Under the pieces are notes generated by a model. That model ran no database searches, was not told where the DNA came from, and saw nothing but the letters and a program-made list of their open reading frames with translations. A program made the position numbers and the translations under genes. Below are positions 7,126 to 15,776 of a stretch of DNA of 35,752 nucleotides, piece by piece; position 1 is the stretch's first letter, and the number at the start of each line of letters is the position of its first letter. The DNA comes from a virus: UHGV virus genome UHGV-0215880. One strand, 5' to 3'.

Positions 7126-8063
7126 TTCAATCTACTTTATCCATGAGCCACCAAGAATGGCTTGAGGATAGGCGTAAAGGAATTGGAGGATCAGACGTTG
7201 CAACAATCTTAGGCTTGAATCAATATAAATCAGCTTATCAATTATGGCTAGAGAAAACAGGTCAAGTTGAGCTGAAAGATACAGAAAGCGAGCCAGCCTA
7301 TTGGGGGAATGTTTTAGAAGAAGTTGTTGCGAAAGAGTTCCAAGAAAGAACAGGAAAAAAAGTTCGTCGTAGAAATCAAGTCTTCGAACATTCGCTCCAT
7401 CCTTTTTTAAGAGCAAATATTGATAGAGAAGTGGTTAGAGAAAATGCCATTCTAGAATGCAAAACTGCAAATCAATTTTTAGCGAAAGAATGGGCAGGAG
7501 ACGAAGTGCCATTGAGTTATCTTTGCCAAGTTCAGCATTATATGAATGTTTTGAATAAAGACTATTGTTATATTGCAGTTTTAATTGGTGGTCAGAAATT
7601 TATTTGGAAACGAGTAGAACGTGATCAGGAATTAATCGATGTACTGACCGAGCAATTAGTTGATTTTTGGGAAAATAACGTAATCAAAGGCGTTGAACCT
7701 ATTATTGACGGAAGTAAGGCAACAGCTGACTTTTTAAAGGATAAGTATAGCGACATAGAAGAAACGCAAACTACTTTACCTGCTTCGTTTGACGAATTGA
7801 TAGATCAAAAAAATGAAATGAAGAAAACCAAAAAAGAGTTGGATGTAGCTATTAGAAAAATTGAAAATGAAATAAAAAGTGAATTGGGAAAAAGAAATGC
7901 AAGTATTGGTATTACCAAAAAACATATTGTTGAGTGGAAGGAAATACCTACTAAAAGATTGAACAGTAAAAAGTTTGCTGAAAAATATCCTCAAATTGCA
8001 GAAGATGAAGAAATATATATGGTTACTACGCCACGAAGATTAATAGAAAAGGAGATTGAGTAA
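7122..8063 (+). CDS. YqaJ-like PD-(D/E)XK recombination exonuclease
   Basis: N-terminal WLEDRRKGIGGSDVATILGLNQYKSAYQLW is the YqaJ viral recombinase signature. It is paired with RecT downstream. Confidence 0.85.
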   Translation: MIQSTLSMSHQEWLEDRRKGIGGSDVATILGLNQYKSAYQLWLEKTGQVELKDTESEPAYWGNVLEEVVAKEFQERTGKKVRRRNQVFEHSLHPFLRANIDREVVRENAILECKTANQFLAKEWAGDEVPLSYLCQVQHYMNVLNKDYCYIAVLIGGQKFIWKRVERDQELIDVLTEQLVDFWENNVIKGVEPIIDGSKATADFLKDKYSDIEETQTTLPASFDELIDQKNEMKKTKKELDVAIRKIENEIKSELGKRNASIGITKKHIVEWKEIPTKRLNSKKFAEKYPQIAEDEEIYMVTTPRRLIEKEIE

Positions 8064-8161
8064 ATGTGTAAAGTATGCCCAAGATGCAAAAGTAAAGTAA
8101 GAGATAAAAATTGGAAGTATTGTTCCATTTGTGGTTTGAAATTGAAGGAGGAAAAATAATA

Positions 8162-9052
8162 ATGGCAACAAACGAAACCTTAAAAAATCAATTATCACAA
8201 CAAAATCAAAAACAAGTTCCTGCGAATCAATTAGGTTTAAAAGGATTAATGAATACTCCTACTATGAAGCGGAAATTTGAGGAAGTTCTTCATGAAAATG
8301 CTAATGCTTTTATGTCAAATGTCATGACCTTAGTTTCTAATGATAGCTACTTGGCAGAAAGCGAGCCAATGTCTATCTTAAGCGGGGCTTTAACAGCTGC
8401 TACATTAAATTTAGGATTAGATAAAAATCTAGGTTATGCCTATCTCGTACCATTTAATACTAAAAATAAGCAGACTGGCAAATGGGAGAGGAAAGCCCAA
8501 TTTATTTTAGGATATAAAGGGTATATTCAATTGGCTCAACGGTCAGGTAAATATAAAGCATTAAATGTTATTGAAGTTTACGAAGGAGAGTTACTGAGTT
8601 GGAACAGGTTAACGGAAGAATTTGAATTTGATCCAAACGGTAGACAATCAGATGATGTAATCGGATATGTTGGATATTTTGAACTATTAAATGGATTCAA
8701 GAAAACTGTTTATTGGACCAAACAAGAAATTGAAGCTCATCGAATCGCAAATAGCAAAGACAAAGAAAAAACAAAATTGAGCGGTGTCTGGGCTACAGAT
8801 TATAATGCGATGGCTCGTAAAACAGTATTAAGAAATATGTTATCAAAATGGGGAATTTTATCTATCGAAATGCAAGAAGCGACAACTTCAGATGAAAAAG
8901 TTCAACAAATGCAAGAAGATGGAAATATTATTTCTGAAACGGAAGTAGAAGAAAATACTACGATGAAAACAGCAGAAATAATTAATGAAGCTGATTCAGA
9001 TTCATTGAATCAAACAGATTTATTTGATACTAAAAATCCACCATTAGAGTAA
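8162..9052 (+). CDS. recT: RecT-family ssDNA annealing protein
   Basis: Core GYAYLVPF...AQFILGYKGYIQLAQRSG is the RecT pattern. ATG with AAGGAGG RBS. My reading of the sequence shows an in-frame TAATAA before this ATG, so the track N-terminal extension from 8111 was not used. Confidence 0.8.
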   Translation: MATNETLKNQLSQQNQKQVPANQLGLKGLMNTPTMKRKFEEVLHENANAFMSNVMTLVSNDSYLAESEPMSILSGALTAATLNLGLDKNLGYAYLVPFNTKNKQTGKWERKAQFILGYKGYIQLAQRSGKYKALNVIEVYEGELLSWNRLTEEFEFDPNGRQSDDVIGYVGYFELLNGFKKTVYWTKQEIEAHRIANSKDKEKTKLSGVWATDYNAMARKTVLRNMLSKWGILSIEMQEATTSDEKVQQMQEDGNIISETEVEENTTMKTAEIINEADSDSLNQTDLFDTKNPPLE

Positions 9053-9065
9053 AGAAGGAGATGTA

Positions 9066-10028
9066 ATGGCAAGACCTGCAAAAGAAGGTTTGGATTATTT
9101 TCCTCTTGATGTTGGAATTTTTGAAGACGAAAAAATAGAAGCTATTGCTGGGGAATTTGGTATTAAAGGAGAACTTGCGGTAATCAAACTGCTTTGTGCG
9201 ATATACAAAAAAGGATATTTCATTTTGTGGGATGATTTATCGCAAGCAACTCTTTTAAAACGCCTGCCTGGAGTAAGTAAGGAAATGCTCAATCAAATAG
9301 TGAACCGCTTAGTCTTATGGGGATTTTTTGATAAAGAACTGTTTGACTCGGTCAAGGTGCTTACGAGTGAGAATATCCAAGCGACATTTTTCGAAGCGAC
9401 AAAAAGACGGAAAACACCAAAACCAACTAAATATATAGTTAATGTCAACAGTAACTCTCAAAGTGAAACAGTTAATGCTGACATTAATACACAAAGTAAA
9501 GTAAAGGAAAGTAAAGTAAATAAAAGTAAAGTAAACAAAAAAGAAACAGAAAGTAGCATCAATCCGTCGTCACCTGAAACGTCGGTTGAGAAAGCATTCT
9601 TTGAAGAGCCGTTAGGTGAAGAAAAACTAACGGAGTTAATCCGCTATTATTCACAGAATGTAAGTCCTGCTACTCCTGTTAATATCACTGATTTACAATA
9701 TGATCTTGCTGATTTTGACGGAGATCTCGAGTTATTGAAAGAGGCTGTTAATATCTGTGCTAGAAATAATGAACGAAGATATAGCTATTTTGCTGGTATT
9801 TTGAAAAATTGGCGAGCAAATGGTGTAAAAACATATGCTGATTATCTAAATAACGAGAGAGAACGAGCAGATAAAAAAACACAAAATAAGCAATATCAAA
9901 ATAAACCTGTTCGGCAAGAAAAGGTGCCTGAATGGATGAATCAAGCGAACGGTGAAGAAGAAAAGCTATCACCAGAAGAGCAAGCTGAATTTGAAAGACA
10001 AATGCAAGAATTGTTGGGAGGAGAGTAA
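9066..10028 (+). CDS. Replisome organizer / DnaD-domain replication protein
   Basis: N-terminal phage_rep_org-like region FPLDVGIFEDEKIEAIAGEFG. C-terminal DnaD-like region YSYFAGILKNWRANGV. Confidence 0.75.
   Translation: MARPAKEGLDYFPLDVGIFEDEKIEAIAGEFGIKGELAVIKLLCAIYKKGYFILWDDLSQATLLKRLPGVSKEMLNQIVNRLVLWGFFDKELFDSVKVLTSENIQATFFEATKRRKTPKPTKYIVNVNSNSQSETVNADINTQSKVKESKVNKSKVNKKETESSINPSSPETSVEKAFFEEPLGEEKLTELIRYYSQNVSPATPVNITDLQYDLADFDGDLELLKEAVNICARNNERRYSYFAGILKNWRANGVKTYADYLNNERERADKKTQNKQYQNKPVRQEKVPEWMNQANGEEEKLSPEEQAEFERQMQELLGGE
9493..9537 (+). repeat. Three tandem copies of AGTAAAGTAAA (15-bp period) inside the rep gene. Candidate origin iterons.
   Basis: AGTAAAGTAAAgga AAGTAAAGTAAAtaa AAGTAAAGTAAAcaa read directly. 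Encodes the KVKESKVNKSKVNKK linker. Confidence 0.55.
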
Positions 10029-10031
10029 ATC

Positions 10032-10334
10032 ATGATTGAAATGAGAGTACTTGATTATCGAATTACTAGCGATGATAGGCAAGTAATCGTAAATAAAGCG
10101 AGACGAAATGAACACGGAGAGTTAACCATTTTGACTGATAAAGACGGTACACAAAAAGAATCACTCGCTTTGATTGGTTATTATGGCAATTTAAATAAGG
10201 CTCTCGTCGCAATAGAACGCGATTATGTGCTTTCTAGTGGTAAAACAATACAAACAGTCAAAGAATACAAGAAAGAGCTAGAATCGATTCACAGCAAGCT
10301 AAAACGTGAATTAGATTTCGGGGAGGAATTTTAG
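10032..10334 (+). CDS. Hypothetical protein
   Basis: Tightly packed between rep and MazG. Confidence 0.6.
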   Translation: MIEMRVLDYRITSDDRQVIVNKARRNEHGELTILTDKDGTQKESLALIGYYGNLNKALVAIERDYVLSSGKTIQTVKEYKKELESIHSKLKRELDFGEEF

Positions 10335-10634
10335 ATGAATGAATTAGTTAAATTAGTGGAAGAATGGGCGAAAGAAAAGCGTTTAGATAAAGCAGAGCCT
10401 GAAAAGCAAATGTTAAAAGTGATTGAGGAAGTCGGAGAAGTTGGCGCTGCATTGGCAAGAAACAACGAAAACGATTTAAGAGATGGTATTGGTGATGTAG
10501 TTGTGACGTTAATTATTCTCGCTATGCAAAATAACATGGACTTATACGAATGCTTAAATCAAGCATATAGCGAAATCAAAAATCGCCAAGGGGAAATGGT
10601 AAACGGAGTATTCGTCAAAGAAGCCGATTTGTAA
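10335..10634 (+). CDS. MazG-like nucleotide pyrophosphohydrolase
   Basis: EEVGEVGAALARNNENDLRDGIGDVVVTLIILA matches the MazG EExxE...D motif. Confidence 0.75.
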   Translation: MNELVKLVEEWAKEKRLDKAEPEKQMLKVIEEVGEVGAALARNNENDLRDGIGDVVVTLIILAMQNNMDLYECLNQAYSEIKNRQGEMVNGVFVKEADL

Positions 10635-10642
10635 GGTTCGAG

Positions 10643-11077
10643 GTGGAAGAGATGCGAATTATTTTGCCGATTGAACCTAAGCCACAAAGTCGCCCTAGGT
10701 TTGCAAGACGTGGGAATTATGTTCAAACGTACGAAGATCGAGCGATGAAAGAATACAAAAATCAAGTAAAAAATTATCTTCGTAAATCAAGAGCAAAGTT
10801 GATTGAAAAAGGGCCAATTTCCGCACATGTGACGTTTTACATCCATCCGCCTAAATCAGCTCTAAGCAATAAACAAAAGCGATTAAAGGTAAATATGGAG
10901 CGAATGTATTGTGATAAAAAGCCCGATTTGGACAACTATTTCAAAGCAGTGACAGATGCTGCTGAAGGTATTTTATATAAAAATGATGGTCAAATTGCTG
11001 TGATGGTTTGCCAAAAACTGTATAGCATGCGACCACGAACAGAAATTGAAATTATGAGTTTGGAGGAAAAGGAATGA
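10643..11077 (+). CDS. rusA: RusA-family Holliday junction resolvase
   Basis: MRIILPIEPKPQSRPRF...PDLDNYFKAVTDAAEGILYKNDGQI is the RusA pattern. ATG 10652 is an alternative start. Confidence 0.8.
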   Translation: MEEMRIILPIEPKPQSRPRFARRGNYVQTYEDRAMKEYKNQVKNYLRKSRAKLIEKGPISAHVTFYIHPPKSALSNKQKRLKVNMERMYCDKKPDLDNYFKAVTDAAEGILYKNDGQIAVMVCQKLYSMRPRTEIEIMSLEEKE

Positions 11078-11214
11078 CGAAAAACAAACTCAGAGAAACA
11101 AAAAGAGCCATTCGTCAGAGAATTCTTTTTTTGACTGGTGATGATGAATCATGGATGAATAATCCAGAAATCGTGGAAGAGGTCCAGAGATTAATCAAAA
11201 CGACTGAATTCTAA
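11074..11214 (+). CDS. Small 46-aa ORF coupled to rusA
   Basis: ATGA overlap with the rusA stop. RBS GGAGGAAAAGGA. Sequence MTKNKLRETKRAIRQRILFLTGDDESWMNNPEIVEEVQRLIKTTEF. Below the track threshold. Confidence 0.4.
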   Translation: MTKNKLRETKRAIRQRILFLTGDDESWMNNPEIVEEVQRLIKTTEF

Positions 11215-11428
11215 CCTTATAAACGATAAGCGACCATTACCAAAATTAGAGCCTGACAAGCTGACGAAAGAAGAATATCAGCACTTATTAGACTTAGGTT
11301 ATCAAGTAAACGATATTAAGAAAGCTCTCGGACTTGGAACAACCACATTTCAAAACTGGCGAAAGGCAAACGGCATAGAAAACATAATTAAGCGAAAAGA
11401 AAATAACAAAGTAGAGGAGACAAAACAC

Positions 11429-11836
11429 ATGAAATTTAATTTAAATACAGCAACGTTACTTATTTCAGGAAATTTTGGAGTAAAAGCAGAGGAATGTTTA
11501 ACGATCTCAAAAAGCGGTCTGGCTTTAAGTGGTCCAGTAGTTCAACGATTGAACAAACCAGAATGGGTCCAACTGTATTTAGACGAACAGAACAAAGCGT
11601 TATTTGTTTTACCATGTGTGGCAACTGCGGAAGGTGCAAGAAGTTGTGTAAGTCCTAAGGCAAATAAAAAAACGGGCTATCGAAAAAGCTGGAATGGTCA
11701 TGTGTTAAAAAAAGCTGCCGAAGTTGGAGGCTTTAACATTGAAACAGATGTTTACCATGTAAAACCAGAAGAAGTGGAAGGATATCCAAATGCTTTAGGA
11801 TTTGATTTGACAAAGGCGGTCAAAGTGAATGGGTAA
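11429..11836 (+). CDS. Hypothetical protein
   Basis: RBS GAGGAG 9 nt upstream of the ATG. The same frame stays open 246 nt upstream with no start codon. Confidence 0.6.
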   Translation: MKFNLNTATLLISGNFGVKAEECLTISKSGLALSGPVVQRLNKPEWVQLYLDEQNKALFVLPCVATAEGARSCVSPKANKKTGYRKSWNGHVLKKAAEVGGFNIETDVYHVKPEEVEGYPNALGFDLTKAVKVNG

Positions 11837-11922
11837 AACTAAATCTAAAATCAAAAAGAAAAAACGTAGATTAAAAGAAAAAGCTATTGCAAATGGCACA
11901 TACAGTAAGCGAGGGAAAAGTG

Positions 11923-12063
11923 ATGGTATGTATAAAATGCAAGGGACAGATGATTGTCTGGGAAAAAGATAGATTCGGTCATTCAAAAGCAACTTCTTGT
12001 CCGTTATGCAACAAAAGTGGGCAGAATGTTGCGAAAAAGTTAGCTGAAATAAAGAAGAAATAA
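11923..12063 (+). CDS. Small zinc-ribbon protein (46 aa, CxxC x2)
   Basis: MVCIKCKGQMIVWEKDRFGHSKATSCPLCNKS... RBS GAGGGAAAAG. Below the track threshold. Confidence 0.45.
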   Translation: MVCIKCKGQMIVWEKDRFGHSKATSCPLCNKSGQNVAKKLAEIKKK

Positions 12064-12115
12064 ATGAAAGGAGTGGAGGTTTGGTCGACCACAAAGAATT
12101 CTTTACTCCTTTGGA

Positions 12116-12583
12116 ATGATGAAAAAAATACTTGATGTATGCTGTGGTAGCAGAATGTTTTGGTTTGATAAGCAAAACGACCAAGTTTTGTTTATGGATA
12201 ACAGAAAGCATTACGAAAAATTAGACAGTGGGCATGTTATCGATGTTAATCCTAATCTAGTTGCAGATTTTAGAAAGATGCCTTTTGAAGATAACTCGTT
12301 TTATCATGTTGTATTTGATCCTCCGCATTTATTGAGGTGTGGTAATAACAGCTGGTTGGCTAAAAAATATGGCAAGCTAAACGAGAAAACTTGGAAAGAA
12401 GATATACAAAAAGGTTTTCATGAGTGTATGAGGGTTTTGAAGCCCAATGGGACGTTAGTTTTTAAATGGAACGAGGAACAAATCAAGTTATCTGAAATAT
12501 TAAGCACAATTGATTGTGAGCCATTGTACGGCAATAAAAGAGCAAAAACACATTGGTTAGTATTTATGAAAGCGAGTGAATAA
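12116..12583 (+). CDS. Small SAM-dependent methyltransferase, likely orphan DNA N6-adenine or N4-cytosine MTase
   Basis: Motif I-like ILDVCCGSRMFW followed by motif IV DPPH. No adjacent restriction gene. Confidence 0.6.
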   Translation: MMKKILDVCCGSRMFWFDKQNDQVLFMDNRKHYEKLDSGHVIDVNPNLVADFRKMPFEDNSFYHVVFDPPHLLRCGNNSWLAKKYGKLNEKTWKEDIQKGFHECMRVLKPNGTLVFKWNEEQIKLSEILSTIDCEPLYGNKRAKTHWLVFMKASE

Positions 12584-12905
12584 GATGAATGAGCAAATAA
12601 ATTTGCTTGAGTTAGATAATGATAAACTTTGGCAATTTTATGGGCATTATTGTAATGACGATTGGTCCGCTAAGACAGAGACCGTGAATGGTGATGCTGA
12701 TATAGTGCTAGGTTTTAGAGTTAAACTATCGAAAAATGAGCTGAGAAAAATATGCAGAGATGCCATTGAAATAAGCAGAATTAAGTATGGATATTCTGTC
12801 AGGTTTTTAACAAATAATGTAAAGAAAGAGCTGTTCGTTCGTTTTGACAACTACACCACTAGTAAAAAAAGAGATGTCTTTGAACATATAAATTTATATT
12901 TTTAA
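12576..12905 (+). CDS. Hypothetical protein
   Basis: Overlaps the MTase stop. Alternative ATG at 12585. Confidence 0.55.
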   Translation: MNKMNEQINLLELDNDKLWQFYGHYCNDDWSAKTETVNGDADIVLGFRVKLSKNELRKICRDAIEISRIKYGYSVRFLTNNVKKELFVRFDNYTTSKKRDVFEHINLYF

Positions 12906-12925
12906 GCGGAAAGAGAGTAAAGAAG

Positions 12926-13312
12926 ATGATCCCAAAATTTAGAGCAAGAGATCAAAGAGGTAACTGGCATATTGGACTTCTAACTTTTATGTTTGGCCAG
13001 TATGCCATCGTAAATGAATCAGATGAAAATTCGGTTTATCTGATTGATAAGGAAACAGTCGGACAATCAACAGGTTTGAAAGACCTGAACGGCGTTGAAA
13101 TTTTTGAGGGAGATATTGTTAAGGTCACGGTGAATAATTATGGGACTGGTGAACGATTTGAACAAATCGATAAAGTTGTTTATGAAGACTGCAGATTTTG
13201 TTTTAATGACGGCTTTTATTACTCAGAAACTATCAAATATTCTGGATATGAAAATAAAGAAGTCATCGGAAATGTCTACGAAAATCCAGAATTATTGGAG
13301 GGAACAGAATGA
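12926..13312 (+). CDS. YopX-family phage protein
   Basis: MIPKFRARDQ...TGLKDLNGVEIFEGDIV matches the YopX pattern. Confidence 0.7.
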   Translation: MIPKFRARDQRGNWHIGLLTFMFGQYAIVNESDENSVYLIDKETVGQSTGLKDLNGVEIFEGDIVKVTVNNYGTGERFEQIDKVVYEDCRFCFNDGFYYSETIKYSGYENKEVIGNVYENPELLEGTE

Positions 13313-13668
13313 GCGAGCTAGAAAAGATGGGTAATATTCTTATGGAAACAGCTTTGAATTTTACACACCCAATATTTGAAGATACGTATCCAGAATGGGG
13401 AACGGTATGTAACATCGGGGAAGAGCTAGTCAGAATGGCAAAACCAGAATTCAGCGAAAATCAGCAGGTTGTGCTGGATTGGTTGAAAGAATCATGCAAA
13501 TTAAACGGATTACGTGAAGTTATCGAAATTATGGGATTTTTATCAACTACTGGTGGAAAAATGAAGTATAAGCAAGTAGCTTATGCATATGGTGATTTAA
13601 ATGATGATGAATTAGCTCAAGTATTACAGTCATTTAGCCAGTGGGTTTGGGAACAGGAGGAAAAATAA
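13309..13668 (+). CDS. Hypothetical protein
   Basis: ATGA-coupled to yopX. Confidence 0.6.
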   Translation: MSELEKMGNILMETALNFTHPIFEDTYPEWGTVCNIGEELVRMAKPEFSENQQVVLDWLKESCKLNGLREVIEIMGFLSTTGGKMKYKQVAYAYGDLNDDELAQVLQSFSQWVWEQEEK

Positions 13669-13947
13669 ATGAAATTTTATGAAATGAAAGAACCTTATTT
13701 TGCATTAATCGCTGCTGAAGATGAAAAACAATGTTTAAAACTTTACAAGGATATTGTTTGCGACGTAGAGGACGAAAAAGAGTTTTTCGAGGAAATCAAA
13801 ACAATTGATAAATACGAAGCGTTCAAAATGCTTGCTAAAAGTCATACAGAAGAGGGTGACAAGACTGGCGCAGAAGAAGCTTTCAATCAGTTAGAAAATC
13901 TTGAAGAAAAAGGCGAAGTATTGCTGATTGACAGCGGTTTGCTTTAG
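13669..13947 (+). CDS. Hypothetical acidic protein
   Basis: The ATG overlaps the previous stop. Confidence 0.6.
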   Translation: MKFYEMKEPYFALIAAEDEKQCLKLYKDIVCDVEDEKEFFEEIKTIDKYEAFKMLAKSHTEEGDKTGAEEAFNQLENLEEKGEVLLIDSGLL

Positions 13948-13958
13948 GAGGTATCGGA

Positions 13959-14177
13959 ATGAGTATGAGTATTCAACCAGGAGACAAAGTAAAGTATATC
14001 GGTGAAGGAGTTCCACAATACACAGACAAATTTTTAGTAGTAAAAACAGTATTAGTGAATGGGTTGATTCTTGAATTTCCTGAGAAAGACAAAAGAAAAG
14101 TTGCTCTTGAAGGCGGCGGCATTTGGAACATGAACTCATTAGTTTGCGGATTTAACGAAGTGGAGGAATCTTGTTGA
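13959..14177 (+). CDS. Hypothetical protein
   Basis: RBS GGAGG. Confidence 0.6.
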   Translation: MSMSIQPGDKVKYIGEGVPQYTDKFLVVKTVLVNGLILEFPEKDKRKVALEGGGIWNMNSLVCGFNEVEESC

Positions 14178-14356
14178 ATAAACGCCAAAAAAATAAGCAA
14201 TTCAAAAAGTGGCTAATTAAAAACGGATATAGCGAAGATGGGAATGTCAGGTGTGTAGAATGCGGTAAAAAAATTGATATGAATGATAAGTGGCAATTAA
14301 CTTATCAAGCATGTGATTCTACTTGTTATGGCAAAGCAATAAATGCATATCCATAG
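14171..14356 (+). CDS. Small Cys-rich (zinc-finger-like) protein
   Basis: CVECGKK...CDSTC. TTG start after GAGGAATC. Confidence 0.5.
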   Translation: MLNKRQKNKQFKKWLIKNGYSEDGNVRCVECGKKIDMNDKWQLTYQACDSTCYGKAINAYP

Positions 14357-14369
14357 GAGGGAAACAGCG

Positions 14370-15074
14370 ATGAATAAACAAGAATTGATTGAAGAGTTAG
14401 AATGCATAGAAGTTTCTACAGACAGCCTTGATTATTTGAGAGGTGCTGACTATGCCAACGAAAGAGCAATTAGCTTAGCAAAACAGCTAGACGAACCGAA
14501 AAAAGTCGTGGTGCCGAAGTTTGTTGCGGAATGGATTGAGTATGCCAAAAAGAAAGGTGATAGTCTAAGCGCTTCATTCAAACCGTGGGACCTATATGGC
14601 GCTGAATACGGTAAGGTTAATAGTTGGATAAAGGACAATGAAGAGACGTATGCTCGTGCGTGGTTAGAGGGATATGAAGTCGAGAAAGAGCAGTTGTATT
14701 GGGCGGTCAGAGGTGTTACAGATTATTTTAGATGCGACGAGAAAATTATTGTTTTTAAAAAGGAAGAAGAAGCGTTGGAAGTTGCTAATCTCATTGGTAT
14801 AAATACAGAAGTTAAAAAAATGAATAGTATCGATTGCTCAGAATGCATATCAATTGAAGAGTTAAGGAATGAAAATGAAGAACCTCTATTTTATGTTGCT
14901 TTACCAAAAATCGGTGACACAGAGTTTTGTTATCTTTGGACTGATACCGATGGAGCTGTATATACACAAGGCAATAAAGGGTTATGCATCGGAAGACTGA
15001 AACATACAGAACAAGAAATCAAAGCAATTGATGAACGTTACTGGCTGTTTGCTGTGAAAGTGGATGGTGAATAA
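14370..15074 (+). CDS. Hypothetical protein, possibly DUF1642-like
   Basis: RBS TAGGAGGG 7 nt upstream of ATG 14370. The track start 14343 lacks an SD. The DUF1642 resemblance is from memory only. Confidence 0.6.
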   Translation: MNKQELIEELECIEVSTDSLDYLRGADYANERAISLAKQLDEPKKVVVPKFVAEWIEYAKKKGDSLSASFKPWDLYGAEYGKVNSWIKDNEETYARAWLEGYEVEKEQLYWAVRGVTDYFRCDEKIIVFKKEEEALEVANLIGINTEVKKMNSIDCSECISIEELRNENEEPLFYVALPKIGDTEFCYLWTDTDGAVYTQGNKGLCIGRLKHTEQEIKAIDERYWLFAVKVDGE

Positions 15075-15260
15075 ATGAAACGCAACTGGAAAAGAGTAAT
15101 AAATAAAGTTAGTGGCATTGCAATAATGATTCTTGTAGCCAAAGCAACCGTGAGCTATTTCGTGTATGGCAATGACATAACAAGCAGTGACCTTGTTTAT
15201 TTCCTTTCATGCTCGTTTATTTTGGGATTAGGGCTATATTTAGGGGGTTCCAGCGTATGA
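15075..15260 (+). CDS. Small two-TM membrane protein
   Basis: TAAATG junction. Hydrophobic stretches IAIMILVAKATVSYFVY and LVYFLSCSFILGLGLYLGG. Confidence 0.55.
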   Translation: MKRNWKRVINKVSGIAIMILVAKATVSYFVYGNDITSSDLVYFLSCSFILGLGLYLGGSSV

Positions 15261-15457
15261 GTTATCCAGAAGTTTTTATCTTAGGAAGGCAAGTTGATGG
15301 AGTGTATGTTGAGTACTTACATGGAGCAGAGAAAGCCGATTTATTTTTCGATTATACGATAGCTCGTGATGAAAGAAATCATATGAATAAAACCAATACA
15401 AAAGATGGCGAATGGAGAATTTTAAAATACGGGAGGCCAATTACATTGGAGTTTTAA
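15257..15457 (+). CDS. Hypothetical 66-aa protein
   Basis: ATGA overlap with the previous stop. RBS TAGGGGGT. The track ORF starts at an upstream extension. Confidence 0.55.
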   Translation: MSYPEVFILGRQVDGVYVEYLHGAEKADLFFDYTIARDERNHMNKTNTKDGEWRILKYGRPITLEF

Positions 15458-15505
15458 CTTATTGCAACTTTTTTACAATAACTAGCCGATTTTTTGCAAA
15501 CAAAA

Positions 15506-15643
15506 AGCCAGCCGACCAATGGCTGACTAATGTGGTAGTTAGCACTTTTCCCAAGTAAAGTGCTAATAGTGCCAACAAATAAGGTTGACATTGTGTCTCT
15601 GGTGGAGACAGGAACTATCGATAACTGTTTTCCGCCAGTTATC
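15506..15643. repeat. Cluster of four perfect or near-perfect hairpins in a 390-bp non-coding region: 15506-15528, 15539-15566, 15595-15609, 15620-15643. An isolated TTGACA lies at 15585-15590.
   Basis: AGCCAGCC/GGCTGACT, TTAGCACTTT/AAAGTGCTAA, GTCTC/GAGAC and GATAACTG/CAGTTATC. The first is followed by a T-run on the minus strand only. Confidence 0.5.
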
Positions 15644-15776
15644 ATAGAAAAGGAGAAATTTATTTCAGAAATAAAATCCCCAAGAAAGTTAATATGATTA
15701 TATCATGAGTAAATGTATTTGAAAATACTATCTCATAGTACGTATTGTAAAAAGTATATTTAGTAGAAAAATAAAA

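Noticed and set aside
8111-8161. N-terminal extension of RecT (MEVLFHLWFEIEGGKII) given in the ORF track
   Set aside because: In my reading the sequence has an in-frame TAATAA just before ATG 8162, and that ATG has a strong AAGGAGG SD. I could not reconcile a 1-nt discrepancy with the track. I used the ATG start either way.
11829-11972. Lys-rich 47-aa ORF (MGKTKSKIKKKKRRLKEK...) overlapping the zinc-ribbon ORF
   Set aside because: Its composition follows from the poly-A-rich DNA. It overlaps the better-supported Cys-containing ORF in another frame. It is mentioned only as an alternative.
13140-13334. Track ORF in an alternative frame inside yopX
   Set aside because: Embedded in the YopX-family gene. 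No RBS.
5964-14638. Antisense track ORFs in the early region (5964-6158, 6930-7130, 7132-7416, 7776-7994, 9095-9292, 9760-9972, 10331-10537, 10559-10765, 11795-12211, 12647-12850, 13891-14139, 13973-14200, 14450-14638)
   Set aside because: They are shadows of plus-strand genes with recognisable domains or good translation signals. None has its own RBS or promoter.
15585-15590. TTGACA hexamer as a promoter for a small RNA in the hairpin cluster
   Set aside because: No acceptable -10 element lies 16-19 nt downstream. It is left as an unexplained element inside the hairpin-cluster finding.
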